DNA of 63,969 bases, the filler included, from Catajapyx aquilonaris (taxonomy: Eukaryota), in NCBI GenBank assembly GCA_000934665.2. It is 2 parts of 2 records of this genome, joined end to end, with 100 filler letters (N's around TTAATTAATTAA, not from the genome) between each part and the next. Parts side by side here need not be neighbours in the genome. Positions count along the whole stretch, not along the records: positions 32,079 to 63,969 come from KZ539153.1; 1 more part is not named here. The stretch is one strand, 5' to 3'. Shown one piece after another: positions 60,156 through 63,969 of the stretch. Numbering within the stretch: position 1 is the first letter of the stretch; each line of letters begins with the position of its first letter. A model generated the notes under the pieces. The model ran no database searches. It was given only the letters and a program-made list of their open reading frames with translations, and had not been told where the DNA came from. Both the position numbers and the translations under genes were made by a program.

Positions 60156-63100
60156 NCCCCCCCCCCCCCCCCCTTCCCCTTTTCCCTTTCCTAGCTTAAT
60201 CAGGCTTATGGCCATCCGGTTAATTATTTCCCTGCGGGCCGGCCGACATTTTTGGGCAAAACGCGTGGCAGTGGACTTATTAGCCGAGCCAGGGTGGGGG
60301 GGCTGAACGGCCATTAGTCCATCTTGGCCCGGAAATTTCTCTAGCTCTCCTGGCTGGCTACTCCGTCCTTGTCACAGCCATCGGGCTCTTTTTAGCCGTG
60401 AGAGGGGGGCCCTCCCAGAGTACACAAACTGCGTGACGTGGCCACACAAGGGATTTTTGGCCTTTCCGGGTAATCCCACCACCCAGAACGTGGGAGGGAG
60501 GGAGGAGAGGGGGGTTGTAGTGGCGCGTTTGTGCATGAATATTAGACTTCTGGTGGGCATCTCGTCAGGTTTGCTTGCGGTGGGCCTGCAAGTGGCTAAT
60601 AGTCGCTGGCGAACCGTGTTTGTCAGAACAGGGATGGGGCAAGGCATGCCCTTATTACATTTACAGTTATTATACTCCGGCTGGGGGAAGGTATTAGCTT
60701 TAGTACGACTATCATTTTGCTGCGTATGTAAACCAGTATTATGGGAGAAATGATTGAAGAGGAACCGTGTTATTCTTTTCTAATTATTTGCCAACAGGGG
60801 GAAAAAAGTGCGGGGATTAACAAAAAATAATGAACTCTTGTGGTGCAAAAAGTGCGAACTTGCCGTCAAACTGGTTCTGTGAGATGTTCGATGAAGCAAT
60901 TGGGGTAGTTGCTAATTTGGGCGATTTCGACAAAATTATGGAGATTATTGCACTGATACCAATTTTCCTCACGTTAATAATGCTATAGTCGCTACACCTG
61001 GAGGGGAGGGTAAATATGATTGCAATGTTACATCCATCCAAACACATTACACATCCCATCCACATATGGCCATGGCTGAATTGACAAGTCCAGATCCCCA
61101 GGTATTTTGTTCCACCTTGCATCTGCATAGGTATAGCCCCCGCTGAATTGAATGAATGTGTAAAGAAAGCCAACTGCACATCCCTGTGACCAAACACGCA
61201 GCTCCGGAGAAAGCTGTCCATAAATCTGGACTGCTGGCCTCCCCCGACCTGGGAGGTTTACGCAGACCTTAAGCTGCTCCAAATTAGGCATTTAGACATA
61301 TTAGGTCATTTTTCAAGCGTCTCAAGCAGACCGGAGAGAGCTCTCGTAGTTGGTTGGTCAGTGAGCGGGCGAGAGAGAGAGGGAGAGAGAGCTCCCTGAA
61401 ATGCTGGCTTTTGCCAAATGAGGCTATTCTGCATCGCGGCGGGGGATTCTGGCCCATCTGTGGGCGGGGATACCAAGCTGCTAATGGGGAATCATGGCTC
61501 AGGATTCTAGTGTCTGGCTTTGGCCTTTCTCCTCGCCCGGATGGACTCGGGTCATTATAGCCCGTTTAGCAAGGGTTAACTCGACTCTGGAGGTGATATT
61601 ACTCATGGATGCGGTTAGGAATGACGCGGGACGTGTGGCGCCAAAAGTGAATAGAAGCTGAGAAAAAAAAAACGGCGCAAATTTTTTAGAAGGAGCTGAG
61701 GCGAAGGGTGCGAAATCACATCGATCATATCCGTTAAGTGCTGCTTTGTATGAAATCTGGCGCCTCTCGCCAGCCTTCCTTGTTTTATCACTTGCATATT
61801 GATTTTGAGAGGGTCACGTGCCGGAGAATCACGTGGCTGTGGTGGAGACATCTGGGAAAGGCAAGGCATCTTTGGAACTACCCCCCACCGGTTTCCACCC
61901 CCTCGTGCTCGAAGTTTGAGGCCGTTTTATCCTGCGCCATCCGGCAACCAAAGAGCCTCTCTTGGTTTGCAGGCGACCTGCCTTCTAGGCGCAATGGATG
62001 GGATTAGAAGCGGTACAAAAATAATAGGACCGGGGGAGCCAGCTCCTAGGGATTCGATTCTTAATTGGTATCCTCCAAAGCCCACCTCTGGTTTCCTTGG
62101 GTTTGTCTGTTCTTGGGAGAGAGCCATTCAGAGAAAAAAAAGGAGTAAGCTCCAGGATGGATCTCGGTTCGGATCCGATTGTTCCTTAGGGCCTTCCCGG
62201 TAATAGTCGTCCGACCAGAAGAAATGGGACTGGGTCCATCTGCTCCGCCTTGTTTCATGTCTTTTTTTTCTCTTCCTTTTCCTCTTTCTCCCGAGGCGAT
62301 TGCGAATCCCCAGAGTGGATTGCGTTCTGGGCGGGACAATTCAGGTTATAGTCAGCAACCATTTTTTTTTTGTTGAGGACCTAGACCGCGGTGTATGTCA
62401 TGCTCTGCAGCCGCCCGCCTTTGATGTAATTAACGCGTACCATTCCACCTGCATGCAACAGCGATTTTAATCACCTGTTGGTATAATTGCTTGTGTGCGC
62501 TATTGGAAATCCCCAGCCCCCATCTTCCCTTTTCTGGCACAGGGAACATAGACGTCGGAGGCAAAAAGAATCGCGGAATTTACCACTAATGAGCCCATGT
62601 GGAGCGCTTCCAATTGGCCACATGGAGAACCGATCCATCCTTCTTTCTCATCCCCCTTCCCATGTCCTCTTACTCCTTTGGAGCACCCCCCTGACTATCT
62701 CCCTCCCAGTGCTTGGGAGACTAGTTTGTGACTCAATTTGGTAGGCCTGGCAGACGGGCGGTACGGATCGCTGGCTTGTCCTCCAGACTCGGACGGGCAA
62801 GGATAATTGTAGTGTCACGTGGAGAAGGGACGAGGGCCTCTTCTGGGGGTGGCCGCAGAGCTGCTGGATCCAGCCTAAAGGGGCTGCTTTGCGGCTCTTC
62901 CTCGTGTGATCATGCATCACTTGCTATACCATCATATTACTAGATAGTTCACTGCCTTAGTTGACTAGATGGAGACCAATTTTGGCATGTCAAGATGATT
63001 TGATGACATGTTGCTATCAGCAGGACTTGAGCCCGGACTGGACATTTTATGTCGGACGCACCATGCAGGAGTGGGCATACTGCGAAACCAAGATGTTTCT

Positions 63101-63969
63101 TGCGGGCGGAAATTATGAGGCCTGAGCCATGAATGCGTATTGTGCTGTTTCCACAGGAATGCTACAAATCGATCCAGGTGAAGGACACCATCCTCCTCCT
63201 CCATTTTTTCCGTCTTTCTCCACAACTCTTGTCTCTTAATGGGAGAGACCACTAAGAGCAAGACACGGGGGCCATCTTCCCTCCTTGCCTTTCCTTTGTG
63301 TGGTTCTCCCCCCCTCCCCCCTTTTCCTGTGTGGAGCATCGCAGGCCGGAATTAGAAGCGTCCGCCCCATCCTGACTAAGAGTGTCTTCTCTTGCATCTT
63401 GAGTGGAGACCTCCCCTCCACCGCCTCTCCCCCTTCCCTCCTTCTCCTCCTTCTCCTCCTCCTCCACCCTCCTTCTTCCTGCCTGGCCCGAGTCTCGTTA
63501 GCTCCAAGACGGTGTCCCCTGGGGCCTTCTGATAAACGCCCGTCGTCTACGCGCTGCCCGAATTAAAGTCGGCCCAAATGTCATCCGTACTTCTTCCCGC
63601 TCATTTGCATAGATGGTTTCTGGGGCTGCAGGAAGGAGTTGGGCGGAAGAGGGGAGAGAAAGGGGGAGGGGGGAGACTTAAGGAGTTCTCCTTACGTCTC
63701 CCCTCCCGCCTCCTTGCCTCGTCTCTCCCCACCTTTGGCAGCTTCTCTAGCTTTTCTTGCCTTGCTCGGGGACCCCTTGTTGTGGGGTCACTCTGAATTC
63801 AGCAGGCAAATTGGATTAAAACGTAGGTCAGAGTTGCATGGGCCCGGAAATAACTATGGTCATACCGGAACAAGGCTATGGGAGGAACCGTGTACCTAAA
63901 TCAGTCGCTGCCAGAATTAATTGTGATCGTGTGTCTGGCAATATTTATTTGATCGTGTAGTAAGGGGGG

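Noticed and set aside
32247..63899. Numerous 60-300-aa ORFs in the right half, including those crossing N-runs
   Set aside because: No recognisable domains or consistent splice/codon signal. They are expected by chance in GC-richer DNA or inflated by gaps.

Overview
Eukaryotic, almost certainly arthropod, genomic DNA: spliceosomal introns are mostly 50-130 nt and there is a (CCTAA)n tract. An artificial 100-nt linker (44N-TTAATTAATTAA-44N, 31979-32078) divides two very different halves. The left half is gene-dense. In order it holds a 5'-truncated RTE-type LINE fragment; three unrecognised minus-strand paralogues (coiled coil plus a shared C-terminal domain, with conserved intron phases); CDK1 (PATAIRE variant); ATP synthase coupling factor 6; SMC1 (21 coding exons, one GC-AG intron, an S/TQ-rich tail) with an intact THAP zinc-finger ORF inside the intron that splits its Walker A motif; and a divergent SPOP-like MATH-BTB gene. 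The long first introns carry GTAC-rich minisatellites, and one forms a ~1.2-kb foldback. The right half is a gene-poor, more GC-rich ~32-kb region with one clear coding exon (BCL11/Chronophage-like CCHC finger) and a long hairpin. The best candidates for something undescribed are the coiled-coil/beta-grasp-like paralogue cluster, the nested THAP gene and the foldback intron. All gene models were assembled by eye from splice signals and reading-frame continuity. No database searches were run.
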